Source: a bacterium (GTDB lineage: Bacteria; Electryoneota; Electryoneia; Electryoneales; Electryoneaceae). From it: 64,000 bases of DNA. The notes below the pieces were generated by a model. That model made no database searches, had not been told where the DNA came from, and saw nothing but the letters and a program-made list of their open reading frames with translations. Location of the stretch: the NCBI GenBank assembly GCA_963669175.1, contig OY769902.1, forward strand, positions 3,296,001 to 3,360,000, read 5' to 3'. Below, piece after piece: positions 29,203-39,999 of this stretch. A program made the position numbers and the translations under genes. The first letter of the stretch is position 1. Every line of letters begins with the position of its first letter.

Positions 29203-30366
29203 ATGTTGAATTTCAGAACACTCACTCTGTCCATCATTCTCTTTTTCGTTTTTTCTTTGGTTTTGATGGCAAAGTCGCCAACGAGGTCTCCCCTGGAAGG
29301 AAGCTGGAAAGCTGTTAATGGCGATCCAAGCCTTGTCTTGAAGGGAGACGAGTCGTTTACCTGGGGGATGTTATCAGGTAACTGGAAACTGGATGGGGAA
29401 ACTCTGTTTTTACATAGCCCCGGAAAACTCATCGGGTATACTGTAAAAGTAACACAAGGCCGTATGACTTTAAGCGGTGGTGACTTGTATGGTACTGAGA
29501 GAGTTTTTACGTATGCATCATCCGGGTCGCCGGTAATTCCGGCAGCGTTAAAACCTGCTGAAACTGTACATGGTTCAGGTGCGTCCCGGCAGAATCTGAC
29601 AAATGATTCCAGTATTCCGGATACTTCGCTGGCTGATCTGGCAGGAATGCGCATACAGGATCCGCTGTATGGAGTATGGGAAAGCGATAATCATACAGGT
29701 CATTTTGACAAGCTGCAGTTCATGGCCAGTGGTCAGCTTATAATTGATGGTAGTGAAAAGGCTGGTTTCAGGGTTATTGGTGATCGGATCTATGTGTCAC
29801 GTGGGGAAGAGATACAGGAATGGTTCTTCGTTCGAGATCAGGATTACCTGGCGCTTTCCTATAGTGAATTATCAAGACCCAAGCTCTATAATCGCATGAC
29901 TGTTCAACCAAGACGCTTCAGGGCACGTTCTTTCGAAGAGATCGAAGGACAATACTCCAGCGTGCGTCCCGTCTTTGAAAAGGAAGGTAGCGAAGCATTG
30001 CAGCGTACGATTATCATTCTTTCAAATGGCGATATCAAAGGATGGGGAACGAATAAAAAAGGCACGACCATCGATAACTGGACGGCATATTCAAGCATAG
30101 TCGATGGCGGTCTGGAAGTACGCTACGACAATGGCACCCTGGTTGCGCTCGATGTGTATGTTGAGCAGAATCCCCTTTTTGGGAATCTCTTGTTTTTCGA
30201 TGGCAATGTGTATGCGAACCAGGTTGAAAGACCGGGCAGTTTTTCACGACAGGAGTGGCTTGATCCATACGATGCTGCGAGGATACGTGAAGAATTGAGT
30301 GACATGATCCTTGAGGTATTACCACCAATAGAGTTGCGTCCGGATACCACAATATTGCAATACTGA
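29203..30366 (+). CDS. Hypothetical exported protein with repeated lipocalin-like beta modules
   Basis: RBS GAGG, signal peptide, repeated 'LEGSWK', 'LYGVWE', 'IEGQYS' module starts. Confidence 0.55.
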   Translation: MLNFRTLTLSIILFFVFSLVLMAKSPTRSPLEGSWKAVNGDPSLVLKGDESFTWGMLSGNWKLDGETLFLHSPGKLIGYTVKVTQGRMTLSGGDLYGTERVFTYASSGSPVIPAALKPAETVHGSGASRQNLTNDSSIPDTSLADLAGMRIQDPLYGVWESDNHTGHFDKLQFMASGQLIIDGSEKAGFRVIGDRIYVSRGEEIQEWFFVRDQDYLALSYSELSRPKLYNRMTVQPRRFRARSFEEIEGQYSSVRPVFEKEGSEALQRTIIILSNGDIKGWGTNKKGTTIDNWTAYSSIVDGGLEVRYDNGTLVALDVYVEQNPLFGNLLFFDGNVYANQVERPGSFSRQEWLDPYDAARIREELSDMILEVLPPIELRPDTTILQY

Positions 30367-30413
30367 TGGTCAGATTTGTAGCGTTTTAAACTTACCAAGG
30401 GAGGAGTTGCAGG

Positions 30414-31190
30414 ATGAGTTACGAAAAACTTCATGTGGAGATTGAAGATCGCATCGCAACAGTAACGATTGACAACCCGAAGGTAAACGCGCTTTCCGGC
30501 GCTGTGTTGGAAGAGTTGGCGGAAGCGTTCAAAGAACTGAAGCATAATCCCGAAGTTGGGGTAATTATTCTGACTGGCGCAGGGAAAGCATTCGTAGCTG
30601 GCGCTGACATTTCAGAATTGAACAAGTTGAACCTTTTCCAGGCGAAGCGATATGCAAGAATAGGACAACACTTAATGGGGCGAATTGAGAATTCTCCCAA
30701 GCCGGTGATCGCTGCCGTAAACGGTTTTGCGCTGGGTGGCGGATGTGAGATCGCCATGGCCTGCACCATGCGTATCGCTTCTGAAAACGCATTATTCGGA
30801 CAGCCGGAAGTGAAGCTTGGCCTGATTCCTGGTTTTGGTGGGACACAGCGCCTGGCGCGTCTGGTTGGCGAGGGTCGTGCCATGGAAATCCTGTTGACAG
30901 GTGAGAACCTGAATGCAGCCGAAGCGTATCGGATTGGCCTCGTAAATCGTGTTGTCCCGGCAGATAAACTGATGGATGAAGTGAAGGATCTTGCGAAGAA
31001 GATCCTCGCAGTAGGGCCGGTTGCCGTCCGTCTGGCGAAAGATGCATGCCACCGTGGTCTTTCGATGGATCAGGATGCCGGAATGAAGCTGGAATCAGAT
31101 TTGTTCGGTATGTGCTTCGCAACAGGGGATGCCAAAGAAGGCACAGCCGCATTCCTTGAAAGAAGAACTGCAAACTTCACCGGTAAATAG
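30414..31190 (+). CDS. Enoyl-CoA hydratase (crotonase)
   Basis: AFVAGADI, AVNGFALGGGCE, GQPEVKLGLIPGFGGTQRL. Confidence 0.93.
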   Translation: MSYEKLHVEIEDRIATVTIDNPKVNALSGAVLEELAEAFKELKHNPEVGVIILTGAGKAFVAGADISELNKLNLFQAKRYARIGQHLMGRIENSPKPVIAAVNGFALGGGCEIAMACTMRIASENALFGQPEVKLGLIPGFGGTQRLARLVGEGRAMEILLTGENLNAAEAYRIGLVNRVVPADKLMDEVKDLAKKILAVGPVAVRLAKDACHRGLSMDQDAGMKLESDLFGMCFATGDAKEGTAAFLERRTANFTGK

Positions 31191-31298
31191 AATCGGTTTA
31201 CAAAGTGTGATTTGAAGTAAAAGTGTACTTAGCAGGAGGTTGTACTGAGAGCGTAACGTCAGGTCACAAGTCACAACAACCAGGATTGGAGGTGGCGT

Positions 31299-32072
31299 AT
31301 GGCCAGCATGGGAAAAGTTCAGAGTCAGCGTATTGGTGGTCGCTTGACGATCACCTTGGATAATCCGCCGGATAACCATCTGACTGAAGAAGTGATGACG
31401 GAAATCCGTGAAGCCCTGGAAGAAATACGAGGTGATGACAGCCTGAAATTGATTGTATTTCGTTCGGGGATCCCCGATGTTTTCAGTAGAGGTTTTGACC
31501 GAAAGCAGAGGTTGCCAGAGAAAATAGGTCCCTTAATGGCCGCCTTTGGTCATATGCTTTATCTCCTGAATGAAATCCCGGTTATTATTGTGGCCGAAGT
31601 GGAAGGCAGTTGTATCGGCGCCGGGATGGAACTGGCCAGTTTCTGTGATATGGTGCTTTGCTCATCAGGCGCTCGAATGGGGCATCCAGAAGTACGGATG
31701 GGAGTTTTCCCGCCAATTGCCGCCGCAGTGTATCCACACCTCATAGGGCGCAACCGTACTATCGAAATTCTTAGTACTGGACATGAGCTTACCGCGCAGG
31801 AAGCTTTTGAAATCGGACTTGTCAACCATGTCTGGCCCAACCGCGAGTTCAGCGAAAGAACCATGCGGTATTACAACCAGATTGAGACACGAAGCGCAGT
31901 GTCACTGCGACTGACAAAGAAGGCTATTGAACAGTCGTTGTATGAAAAGGTATTGGTGGCAATCCGGACCGCAGAGAATATCTACCTGAACGAGTTGTTG
32001 CCCAGCCATGATGCGCGCGAGGGGATTACAGCTGCTTTGGAAGGTCGGGAACCGAACTGGATCAATCGTTAG
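31299..32072 (+). CDS. Enoyl-CoA hydratase/isomerase family protein
   Basis: VEGSCIGAGMEL, GHPEVRMGVFPP, HDAREGITA. Confidence 0.88.
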   Translation: MASMGKVQSQRIGGRLTITLDNPPDNHLTEEVMTEIREALEEIRGDDSLKLIVFRSGIPDVFSRGFDRKQRLPEKIGPLMAAFGHMLYLLNEIPVIIVAEVEGSCIGAGMELASFCDMVLCSSGARMGHPEVRMGVFPPIAAAVYPHLIGRNRTIEILSTGHELTAQEAFEIGLVNHVWPNREFSERTMRYYNQIETRSAVSLRLTKKAIEQSLYEKVLVAIRTAENIYLNELLPSHDAREGITAALEGREPNWINR

Positions 32073-32178
32073 TTTTAGTTGGCGTTTTTTCTGTCCGGGG
32101 CAGTGATTGAAGTTGTGTCATGCCCCGGACGTTTTGTTATATTGCGACGTTGTCTTAAAACAAAAAGGAAACAACGTC

Positions 32179-33672
32179 TTGAACACAACCTCTCCTTTTG
32201 AGTTTGCCTATCAGGACCGTGAACGCAACCGTCAGCGGACACGCACCTTCCTGTTATACCAGGCTGTTCGAGAGCTTTTCCCCCAAAATAGACTACATTT
32301 AGCATACAGCCTTGGTGGTGCTTTTTACTACTATATCGATGGGAAATCTTCTGTCCTTCCCGCGGAAGTTGCGCAGATAAAAGATGTCATGGTTCGGCTG
32401 GAAGCGGACAACATCCCGTTAAAACCACTCATGATGGAGCGGGATGCTGTTATCCAGGAGCTGGAACAGGTGAACAGAGTTCACACTGCGAACTGGCTCA
32501 AGGATGGTTCGAAAGATTGGCCGCACATGTATCGCGCCTTCGATGAAATCCTTGCTTTCAAAGGACCGCTTACGAATACAACTGGCGGCGCAGGCGTGTG
32601 GGATCTGATTCCTTATCCTCCCGGGTTGCTTCTTCGTGTCGCGCCACCGGACCGCGACTCACTTCCCGAGTATGAAGAAAAACCAACATTATTCCGATCA
32701 TTCTTTGAGGCGGAGCATTGGGGCACAATTCATGGCGCTTCCTATGTGAGTGAAGTGAATCGCATGAACAGAACCGGGCAATTGGAATTGTTCGTACAGG
32801 TTGTAGAAGCCATGCACGAACAGAAGATTGCCAGTATCGCGGTTCGAATTGCCGAGTTACGCCCGCGTCCTCGAGTTATCCTGATCAGCGGCCCATCTTC
32901 TGCTGGCAAGACAAGCTTTTCAAAACGGCTCCAGGTTGAATTACGCTTGCAGGACATGAAACCGTTGACCCTGAGTCTTGATAACTTCTACCTGCCCAGG
33001 GAAAAAGTACCTCGACGGCACGGGGAATACGATTTCGAGTCGTTGGAAGCGCTGGATATTCCTGCCATTAATGATACACTGATGCAGCTTTCAGCAGGTG
33101 AGACCGTCAGACCGCCGGTGCTGGATTTTGCCACACATACCCATGTGGAAGGTGAGCCGATCCAGTTGGGACGTAACGGTGTTCTTATCGTTGAAGGGAT
33201 TCATGGATTGAATCCGGCCTTAACACCATATTTAACCGAGCCAAGCATTTTCAGAGTTTATGTGTCCGCTTTAACATCGCTTAGTTTTGATGAGCTAAGT
33301 CGTTTTTCAACGACCGATCTACGTTTGATGAGGCGTATTGTGCGTGACCGGCGTGCGCGTGGTTATCCTGCAATCGAAACGCTTACAAGGTGGGCCTCGG
33401 TTCGTGAAGGAGAATTCAGAAATATATTCCCCTTCCAGGAACGTGCCGATATCATGTTCAATTCGGCATTGCCCTATGAGTTGAACGCGCTTCGTGAACC
33501 GGTGATGGAAGCACTGGAAGAGATAACGGATGAGAACCTGCTTCCTGAAGCGGATAGGATAAGCAGGTTACTCGAAACAGTGGATCCGGTACCGCGAGAA
33601 TGGTTGAATACACATGTACCGCCAACAAGCATTTTACGCGAGTTTATCGGGGGGAGTGTTCTGGTCCCGTAA
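32179..33672 (+). CDS. Uridine/nucleoside kinase with ThrRS-like N-terminal domain
   Basis: ISGPSSAGKTSF P-loop, LSLDNFY, IVEGIHGLNP, RRIVRDRRARG, MFNSALPYEL. TTG start after AAAGGA. Confidence 0.85.
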   Translation: MNTTSPFEFAYQDRERNRQRTRTFLLYQAVRELFPQNRLHLAYSLGGAFYYYIDGKSSVLPAEVAQIKDVMVRLEADNIPLKPLMMERDAVIQELEQVNRVHTANWLKDGSKDWPHMYRAFDEILAFKGPLTNTTGGAGVWDLIPYPPGLLLRVAPPDRDSLPEYEEKPTLFRSFFEAEHWGTIHGASYVSEVNRMNRTGQLELFVQVVEAMHEQKIASIAVRIAELRPRPRVILISGPSSAGKTSFSKRLQVELRLQDMKPLTLSLDNFYLPREKVPRRHGEYDFESLEALDIPAINDTLMQLSAGETVRPPVLDFATHTHVEGEPIQLGRNGVLIVEGIHGLNPALTPYLTEPSIFRVYVSALTSLSFDELSRFSTTDLRLMRRIVRDRRARGYPAIETLTRWASVREGEFRNIFPFQERADIMFNSALPYELNALREPVMEALEEITDENLLPEADRISRLLETVDPVPREWLNTHVPPTSILREFIGGSVLVP

Positions 33673-33726
33673 CCTGTTTCGCCGGGACAATAATGCAGTT
33701 TTCCGGGGTTGTGCAACGAGGATTTC

Positions 33727-35115
33727 ATGAGCGAACAAGACGACAAGAGACTGGCTGAAACTTCAGAACCCGATATTGCAAATAAACATGGTGATGAAGA
33801 AGAATCGCTGACCCTTATTCAGAATTTTAAAATACTGTTTGGAGCATCACGTGCCTTCTGGCTGGTAAACCTGGCCAATCTTGGTGACAGTATTTCCTAT
33901 TTCGGCATTGTTGCTTTGCTGACCATCTTTATTCATGACAAAGTTGGCTTCAGTGATAATATGACACATATCGCGTTTTCCAGTTTTACCGGCGCTGTCA
34001 CACTTTTCATGCTTTTTGGCGGTGCGATCTCCGATAAAATTGGTGTACGCCATGCGCTGTCTTTGTCACTGCTTCTTCTTGTCGTAGGGCGTCTGGCGCT
34101 GGTTGGAAGTCCTGCTGCCGGTGGTTTTACCAGCGCAGCATTGTGGATTTCCCTGATGCTGATGGCAGCGGGCGAGGGGATTATTCAACCTGCAATGTAT
34201 GCCGGGGTTAAAGAATACACCGATCCTCGAACGGCAACAATTGGCTATTCGCTACTCTACTCAATCATGAACCTGGGGATATTTGCCGAGCATATTGTCA
34301 GTCCCTTTGTGCGTGGTCATGGCGCTTCAAGCGCCGATATGGAGTCGGGTGGTAATATCGCTGCGGTTTTCCTCATCCTCACAGCATTAACCGCGGTTTT
34401 CCTGCTCGCAAACTTCTTCTTCTTCACCAAACGTCTTTCTGAACGGGAACGAGTGGTAAACGTGGAAGAGGAAGCGGAAAGCGATTCCATGACATTCTGG
34501 GAGAAATTCCGCGCTCTTCCGGTCATGGACCCACGCTTCCTGTTTTTTATCTCTATTCTGCTTCCCGTACGAACCCTGTTTGCACATCAGTGGCTGACCC
34601 TGCCGCAGTATATCCAGCGTTGTTACCCGGTTGAGGTTTTTGCGCGGTATGAGTGGCTGGTTGCCATCAATCCCTTTATCATCATCATCTTTGTTCCGCT
34701 TTTCGCCATGTTTACCCGCAAGGTAAAAGTGATCAACATGATGATTATCGGGACAGCCGTCTCAGCGATCACGACATTCCTGCTGGTGCCCGGACCGGAC
34801 CTCACACGTCTTATTCTTTATATCTCCCTGTTCTCCATGGGGGAAGCGTTGTGGTCCAGTCGTTTCCTTGAATATGTAGCGCACCTTGCTCCGGCCGGCA
34901 GGGTGGGGGCTTACATGGGAATCGCAGGAGTGCCGTGGTTCATGGCGAAAACAACTACCGGCTTCTATTCCGGTCGCATGATGGCGCATTTTGTTCCGCC
35001 TGAAGGGCCAACAGACAGCAGCACACTCTGGCTGATCTATGCCTTTATCGCCATCATCAGTCCTGTCGGGTTGATCCTGGCCAAACGCTGGATTGAGAAA
35101 GGTGTGAAGGGATAA
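33727..35115 (+). CDS. MFS transporter (peptide/POT-like)
   Basis: About 12 hydrophobic helices, GAISDKIGVR motif A, YSIMNLG, GEALWS. Confidence 0.85.
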   Translation: MSEQDDKRLAETSEPDIANKHGDEEESLTLIQNFKILFGASRAFWLVNLANLGDSISYFGIVALLTIFIHDKVGFSDNMTHIAFSSFTGAVTLFMLFGGAISDKIGVRHALSLSLLLLVVGRLALVGSPAAGGFTSAALWISLMLMAAGEGIIQPAMYAGVKEYTDPRTATIGYSLLYSIMNLGIFAEHIVSPFVRGHGASSADMESGGNIAAVFLILTALTAVFLLANFFFFTKRLSERERVVNVEEEAESDSMTFWEKFRALPVMDPRFLFFISILLPVRTLFAHQWLTLPQYIQRCYPVEVFARYEWLVAINPFIIIIFVPLFAMFTRKVKVINMMIIGTAVSAITTFLLVPGPDLTRLILYISLFSMGEALWSSRFLEYVAHLAPAGRVGAYMGIAGVPWFMAKTTTGFYSGRMMAHFVPPEGPTDSSTLWLIYAFIAIISPVGLILAKRWIEKGVKG

Positions 35116-35135
35116 AGAAGAATTGCTATCGATAC

Positions 35136-35178
35136 AAGAAAAGCGCAACCTGGAATTACAGAGTTGCGCTTTTCTTTA
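35136..35178. terminator. Bidirectional intrinsic terminator
   Basis: AAGAAAAGCGCAAC...GTTGCGCTTTTCTT. Confidence 0.8.
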
Positions 35179-35195
35179 TGCTGTAGCAATCCGAC

Positions 35196-36791
35196 TTACT
35201 TGCTTTTCCACCTGTACAAATCAACGAGTACAATATTCTTATGAACATTGTACGTATGCATGCCAACGGATTGCAGGGAAGGATCCGGCGTGAGATGTAT
35301 CTCAGATTTTTCCCTGTACACGGTTGGCGAAAGCTCGATAATCCTGTTCAGGGTTACAGCCGCGCCATACAGCCCACGGCAATCCTGGCTGGGACGATAA
35401 AGCGAGCCGTCATGTTTGAATACTCTGCCTGCACCACGTGCGGAGCGAACATCAATCTTGATCGGGGTCATGGGGTGCGGTTTAAAAGGACCGAATAATG
35501 ATGAAGAAGTAAATAAGTGTAGTTCACTGAAATTGGTGTTCCCGGTTCGCGCCATTGTGACAAACATGTACCAGATCCCGTCCTGTTCGAAGATCACGGG
35601 ATCGACAACTGATTCGCCAACATCCAGCAATACACGGTCGAAGCTCCATTTATCCGGGAATATTTCACACTTGAACATCTCGACCCGTTGTTGCTGGGCT
35701 GTTTCCGGGATCATGTAGACCGTATTGTCGTGTTCAATCAATAAGGGGAATGACAGGTGATACTCCCTCTCAAGGACGGATACTGGCTCTGAGAAGTTGC
35801 CTGACACAGCCAATTGCGAACATGCGATGTAGCCGAGATGCTTGCTGTAGTCATAGGCTTCAAAGAATACCCACGTCTTTCCCTGGTATTCGAACGGGAA
35901 GGGATCTGCCCAGAATTCTTCCATCGGTGTCGGAATGATCTGCACATCTTTTAATGTCTCTGACTTGAATTCATAATCATAATCCAGTTTTGCCAGACCA
36001 AGCTCCCATTTTGGTTTCTTGCGCATTTGACGGACACGATTCAGTACCCATTTCGCGATATGAACAGGTACAAATCCAGTATCAATCCATCTTCTGAACG
36101 ATGCTAAGTTCTGCGCTCTAACGGAAAAGGGTTGTACCAGTTTCGTCGCATCCAGGTTTCGCAGTGCATATACAAACCAGGCCGACAAATTCATTAATAC
36201 CTGGTTGCGAGTACGTGAAACTGAACGTAAATCGACATGATCAAGTGCGTTCAAAACTGTTCTCGAAACGAGCTCGTTTTCCCATGTAATCTGAAGAATC
36301 TTTACGCGAGATTGACCTGTACCACGAACGACTTCTGAGAAGCCAACTGGGCGTCCCCATTGTAGTTGCTCCATCCAGTCCGATGAGATTAACCATCCGG
36401 ATTTTGCAAGTTTGAATAAATCAACGTCAGGAATACCGGCGGCAAGATGAATAACCAGGTCAATAGCCAGGTCTTTCAGGGCATCAATATTGTCTGGACC
36501 AGGCGTATATAACCCACTACTTTTTTCGAGAGAAATGACTGGTAGTTCGGAAAGAGCAACGGGAATTGTTCCTTCCTTGTATGCTGGGAAAGAGGAACCA
36601 ACCAGGAAGCGTTCAGCCTTGATTGTCAAAGATTCAGGAAAGCGGAATTCGCGATTTATTGCAGTAGGTTTTTCACCGATAAAACTCAAGAAGGCAACGA
36701 CATCAACATCATTCTCTTCAGTCAAACGTGTGATACACGCTTCCTGCCAGTGTGCAAGTTTGGAATCTGGAATTGTGACTGCAATCCGCAC
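35196..36791 (-). CDS. Formyltransferase-like N-region plus GINT1/GH43-like beta-propeller protein
   Basis: FWADPFPF, HLSFPLL..YMIPET, VDPVIF, HPMTPI..SARGAG, RPSQDC..YG, GMHTYN match the glucosamine-inositolphosphorylceramide-transferase N-domain pattern. Confidence 0.7.
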   Translation of the reverse strand: MRIAVTIPDSKLAHWQEACITRLTEENDVDVVAFLSFIGEKPTAINREFRFPESLTIKAERFLVGSSFPAYKEGTIPVALSELPVISLEKSSGLYTPGPDNIDALKDLAIDLVIHLAAGIPDVDLFKLAKSGWLISSDWMEQLQWGRPVGFSEVVRGTGQSRVKILQITWENELVSRTVLNALDHVDLRSVSRTRNQVLMNLSAWFVYALRNLDATKLVQPFSVRAQNLASFRRWIDTGFVPVHIAKWVLNRVRQMRKKPKWELGLAKLDYDYEFKSETLKDVQIIPTPMEEFWADPFPFEYQGKTWVFFEAYDYSKHLGYIACSQLAVSGNFSEPVSVLEREYHLSFPLLIEHDNTVYMIPETAQQQRVEMFKCEIFPDKWSFDRVLLDVGESVVDPVIFEQDGIWYMFVTMARTGNTNFSELHLFTSSSLFGPFKPHPMTPIKIDVRSARGAGRVFKHDGSLYRPSQDCRGLYGAAVTLNRIIELSPTVYREKSEIHLTPDPSLQSVGMHTYNVHKNIVLVDLYRWKSK

Positions 36792-36820
36792 GTTACCCTC
36801 CTGAAAAAATGAAACAGACT

Positions 36821-37912
36821 TTAAATAAAACGATCACCCTGTACAACCGAAAAATAGCAGGATTGGTTCTTTATGTTTTCCAACAATTGTTTGTTTGCAC
36901 AACGAAGGTAATCAGTTCGATCCGATCTTTCCAATTGAAAACAGCCCAGTTTTCGCAAATGTTTTCGCACTTCAGGTCTGAAATCAAGGATCTTTACTGC
37001 ATCGGCCTCGCTCTTCGTGAGGTAGTATAATAGACATGTTAACGAGTTCAGCAAACTTCTGTTTTCCATTGATCCATGCCAGATGTCAACGACGGTGGCA
37101 TAGTTGAACTTCTGATTGTGCTCGTAATCGACAAGAAACAAGGCAGCCAGGTTTCCCTGATCATAACATCCCACCAGTTCAAGCGGATGCGTATAATTGT
37201 CATGGTATGCCCACGAATAGAAACATTTATCGCGAATATTCGTAGTTGCGTAAATATCCTTCGATTGGTCCCAAAGCTCGTCTATTTCCGGCTCATCGCC
37301 GGTCAGCTTTCGAATTAAAAAAGAGTTTGTGCTTCCCTTCAGTCTGAAACGCAAATACAACCTGTAAAACAGATTCAGGACAGCACTAAAAGGGAGCAGG
37401 GGAAGGGCAAATCCTGCCAGCTTTCCATCTCGAACCAATGCTACCAGCCTGTGAGGTCGTACAGGTAGGAGCAGCATCTGGTTTTTTGTCTCATCGACAG
37501 CTTGAGGTGAAAGTTCGAATTGGAATTTGGGAAGAATTGCCTGTACAACATCATTCGGAGTTGTATTAAAAAGCAGTGTGTCTTTCGTTACCTGGAGACA
37601 CTTTAAAAAGGCCATCATGCTTTGTGATCTTGCTTCCTCAAGAACACGCCAGGTCGTTAAGCTGAAAACCTTTCGAACCTCACCGGCAACCATCATTTCC
37701 TGCGGAACAAGACCAATGAATCCTTGTATCGTGTCATTATTCAAAATCTTGAACCCACGACAATCAGATTCACTGAAATAAGGATTTTTATCCCACCAGG
37801 AGTTCATTCTGTCTGTCCAGAATTTCTCCGTATACTTCCCCTGGTCAAAATCCATACAGAACCGAACGAGATCATCGCGATCATCAATAACAATTTCCTG
37901 GATCAAAGACAT
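36821..37912 (-). CDS. GNAT-fold putative acyltransferase
   Basis: WWDKNPY, IQGFIGLVP, LTTWRVLEEARSQS, TTPN, RDKCFYSW. Tandem GNAT-like pattern. Confidence 0.55.
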   Translation of the reverse strand: MSLIQEIVIDDRDDLVRFCMDFDQGKYTEKFWTDRMNSWWDKNPYFSESDCRGFKILNNDTIQGFIGLVPQEMMVAGEVRKVFSLTTWRVLEEARSQSMMAFLKCLQVTKDTLLFNTTPNDVVQAILPKFQFELSPQAVDETKNQMLLLPVRPHRLVALVRDGKLAGFALPLLPFSAVLNLFYRLYLRFRLKGSTNSFLIRKLTGDEPEIDELWDQSKDIYATTNIRDKCFYSWAYHDNYTHPLELVGCYDQGNLAALFLVDYEHNQKFNYATVVDIWHGSMENRSLLNSLTCLLYYLTKSEADAVKILDFRPEVRKHLRKLGCFQLERSDRTDYLRCANKQLLENIKNQSCYFSVVQGDRFI

Positions 37913-38017
37913 TTTCTAAAAACTCCTGGTTGTTGGGAAAAGTAAACCTGTGTGGGACTGATTTTTAATAAACTGACACCTTCATAATGAAACAGGAGAA
38001 TTGAAGAAGAACAGTTA

Positions 38018-39694
38018 TCAGTCAGCTATAATCGTAATATCAGCAGGTAGTTTTACTTCTATTGGTAAAACGATTGCGTATTCATCGCCATCAGTCTCCA
38101 TTATAGAGTCATCAAAGAAAGACTTGCAAGGCTTGTTTTTCTTTGTCGGCAGGAAGGTTGCTTTTATCTTTTGCTGATTTTGTTGCATGGCAAATGTCAC
38201 GGCATGGTGCAGCATGGCATGTTCGACGCGCCGGTTGAAAACACGGCAACTAAGAATGAAATCGACAATCGTGGCGATGTCGCCCTGCACGGTAACACTG
38301 AGAATCCCAGTGAGGCCGTAGTCGCCAAAACGGTCTGAAACGTGAACGCTCCACAGGTGATTGGACGGATCTTCAACCCAGGCAAGCATCTCCTGCTCCG
38401 TCAATCTTCGTGTGGAAAGATTCATCTGGTTGGTCTTGTTGAGAAGCTGGTTGATACGCTTCAGGTTTGCAGATGCAAAGGCCTTTATTTCTACCTTGAT
38501 ATCCAGGTTGCGAAGCCACTCTTCAATGCTGCTGGCGCTTTGCTGCACCTGCTTACGCTGCCTCTCACTTACATACGAGCCGGTGCGTTTTCTATCTTCA
38601 TCTGTAATCGAAGGCTGATCAAAAACCTTCAGGTTGTGCAGCGCTGAAACATAATGCATGGGATCTTTGGGCCAATCCGGAACCAGCACTTCAGGCAAAG
38701 CCGTTGCGACCTGGTCACGTTCAACCGGGTTGTCATCAATGAACACTACCGATTGGAGACCAAGGTTCAATTCAGCGGTCAATTGCTGCACGTTGGACGC
38801 TTTATCCATCCAGTTTATCCGCCAACCGCTGAAATCTTCACGCCTCAGGATCATTTCCGGATGTTTATCAATAGCTTCAAGCGCAATATCTTCTTCGTTT
38901 TTACTGACAATTCCCAGGATGACACCCTGCCGGGTCAGGGCTTTCAGTTCTTTCTGAAAATGCTGGAATGCTTCGCCTTTTGGATCATGTCCACCCAGAA
39001 GCAGGTTTTCCCAACCATCATCACCAACAATACCACCCCAAAGCGTATTGTCCAGGTCAAGAATTACCAGCTTTTTCGCCAGGCCGCGAACTCCGTTAAT
39101 AGCTGCCAATAACTCAGATACCGCCACCTGGAAAAGATTCTGGTTATACTTGATCTTTCCCATGTAATACAGCTTTGGATTCACGGCGCCGGGGCCGACG
39201 CTTGTCAGCCAGTGTTCAGAGTCCAGGAGGAATACGCCTTCTTCATCCTTGAACAGCTCGGCAAGGCGAAGGTTGATACGAGTCAGGAACCAGCGAATAC
39301 CGATTCCCGGTTTCCAGGCTTGCATCCCCAGAGCACGATAGGCAGGATCAAGCGCCCAGGATGTGACAAAGGTAGCGTTTGATCTCGGAACAGCAGCAAG
39401 GATTTGCCTTGCGAAAAGATCGACTTCCTGGTCAAGTGTGTCAATACCCGGGGGAAAGCCCTCCAGGATACTTCTGAATGAGGGTAATACCTGCTCAGGA
39501 AGTGTCCAGATAAAAGTATAGGTTGGTGATTCTTTCCAGACAGGGTGATCCTGATCTATCAACACAGATGTCACCTGTCCAAAATCCACACCGAGTGCAG
39601 AAAGAGCATTGGACTTGCTGGAATGATTCAATAACGCAACGAATGGATCACAATTAAAACTACTAAGTACGGCGCATGATTCCTGGTTACTCAT
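38018..39694 (-). CDS. FkbH-like HAD-IIIC glyceryl transferase/phosphatase
   Basis: KKLVILDLDNTLWGG, VSKNE, INWMDKA, FIDDNPVER, KTNQMNLST, DRFGDYG, FILSCRV. Confidence 0.92.
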   Translation of the reverse strand: MSNQESCAVLSSFNCDPFVALLNHSSKSNALSALGVDFGQVTSVLIDQDHPVWKESPTYTFIWTLPEQVLPSFRSILEGFPPGIDTLDQEVDLFARQILAAVPRSNATFVTSWALDPAYRALGMQAWKPGIGIRWFLTRINLRLAELFKDEEGVFLLDSEHWLTSVGPGAVNPKLYYMGKIKYNQNLFQVAVSELLAAINGVRGLAKKLVILDLDNTLWGGIVGDDGWENLLLGGHDPKGEAFQHFQKELKALTRQGVILGIVSKNEEDIALEAIDKHPEMILRREDFSGWRINWMDKASNVQQLTAELNLGLQSVVFIDDNPVERDQVATALPEVLVPDWPKDPMHYVSALHNLKVFDQPSITDEDRKRTGSYVSERQRKQVQQSASSIEEWLRNLDIKVEIKAFASANLKRINQLLNKTNQMNLSTRRLTEQEMLAWVEDPSNHLWSVHVSDRFGDYGLTGILSVTVQGDIATIVDFILSCRVFNRRVEHAMLHHAVTFAMQQNQQKIKATFLPTKKNKPCKSFFDDSIMETDGDEYAIVLPIEVKLPADITIIAD

Positions 39695-39696
39695 GG

Positions 39697-39999
39697 TTAT
39701 GAAACCTTGTCAATTAAGTTCGTGATGTATTCTGTCAAGTTGCCGATCGTCTCAAAATATTTATCCATATCATCCATTACCGCAGCATCACTAACAGAAA
39801 TATCAATACTGAACAGGGTAGAAGCTTGTTCTTCAAGATTTACAATGAAAGTAACAAATCCCAGCGAGTCCAGCACACCACTGTCACCAGTCAGGTGAGT
39901 TGATGGATCAAGCGATATCTGCATGTCCTCAGAAAGCATCATGTTTTGCGCTTGTATAGCTTCTGTTACGATTTGGTTTGCTTTTTCCCGGTTAGTCAT
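39697..39999 (-). CDS. Acyl carrier protein
   Basis: LTGDSGVLDSLGFVTFIVNLEE phosphopantetheine-site motif, FETIGNLTEYI. Start ATG 39999 after GGAG. Confidence 0.82.
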   Translation of the reverse strand: MTNREKANQIVTEAIQAQNMMLSEDMQISLDPSTHLTGDSGVLDSLGFVTFIVNLEEQASTLFSIDISVSDAAVMDDMDKYFETIGNLTEYITNLIDKVS

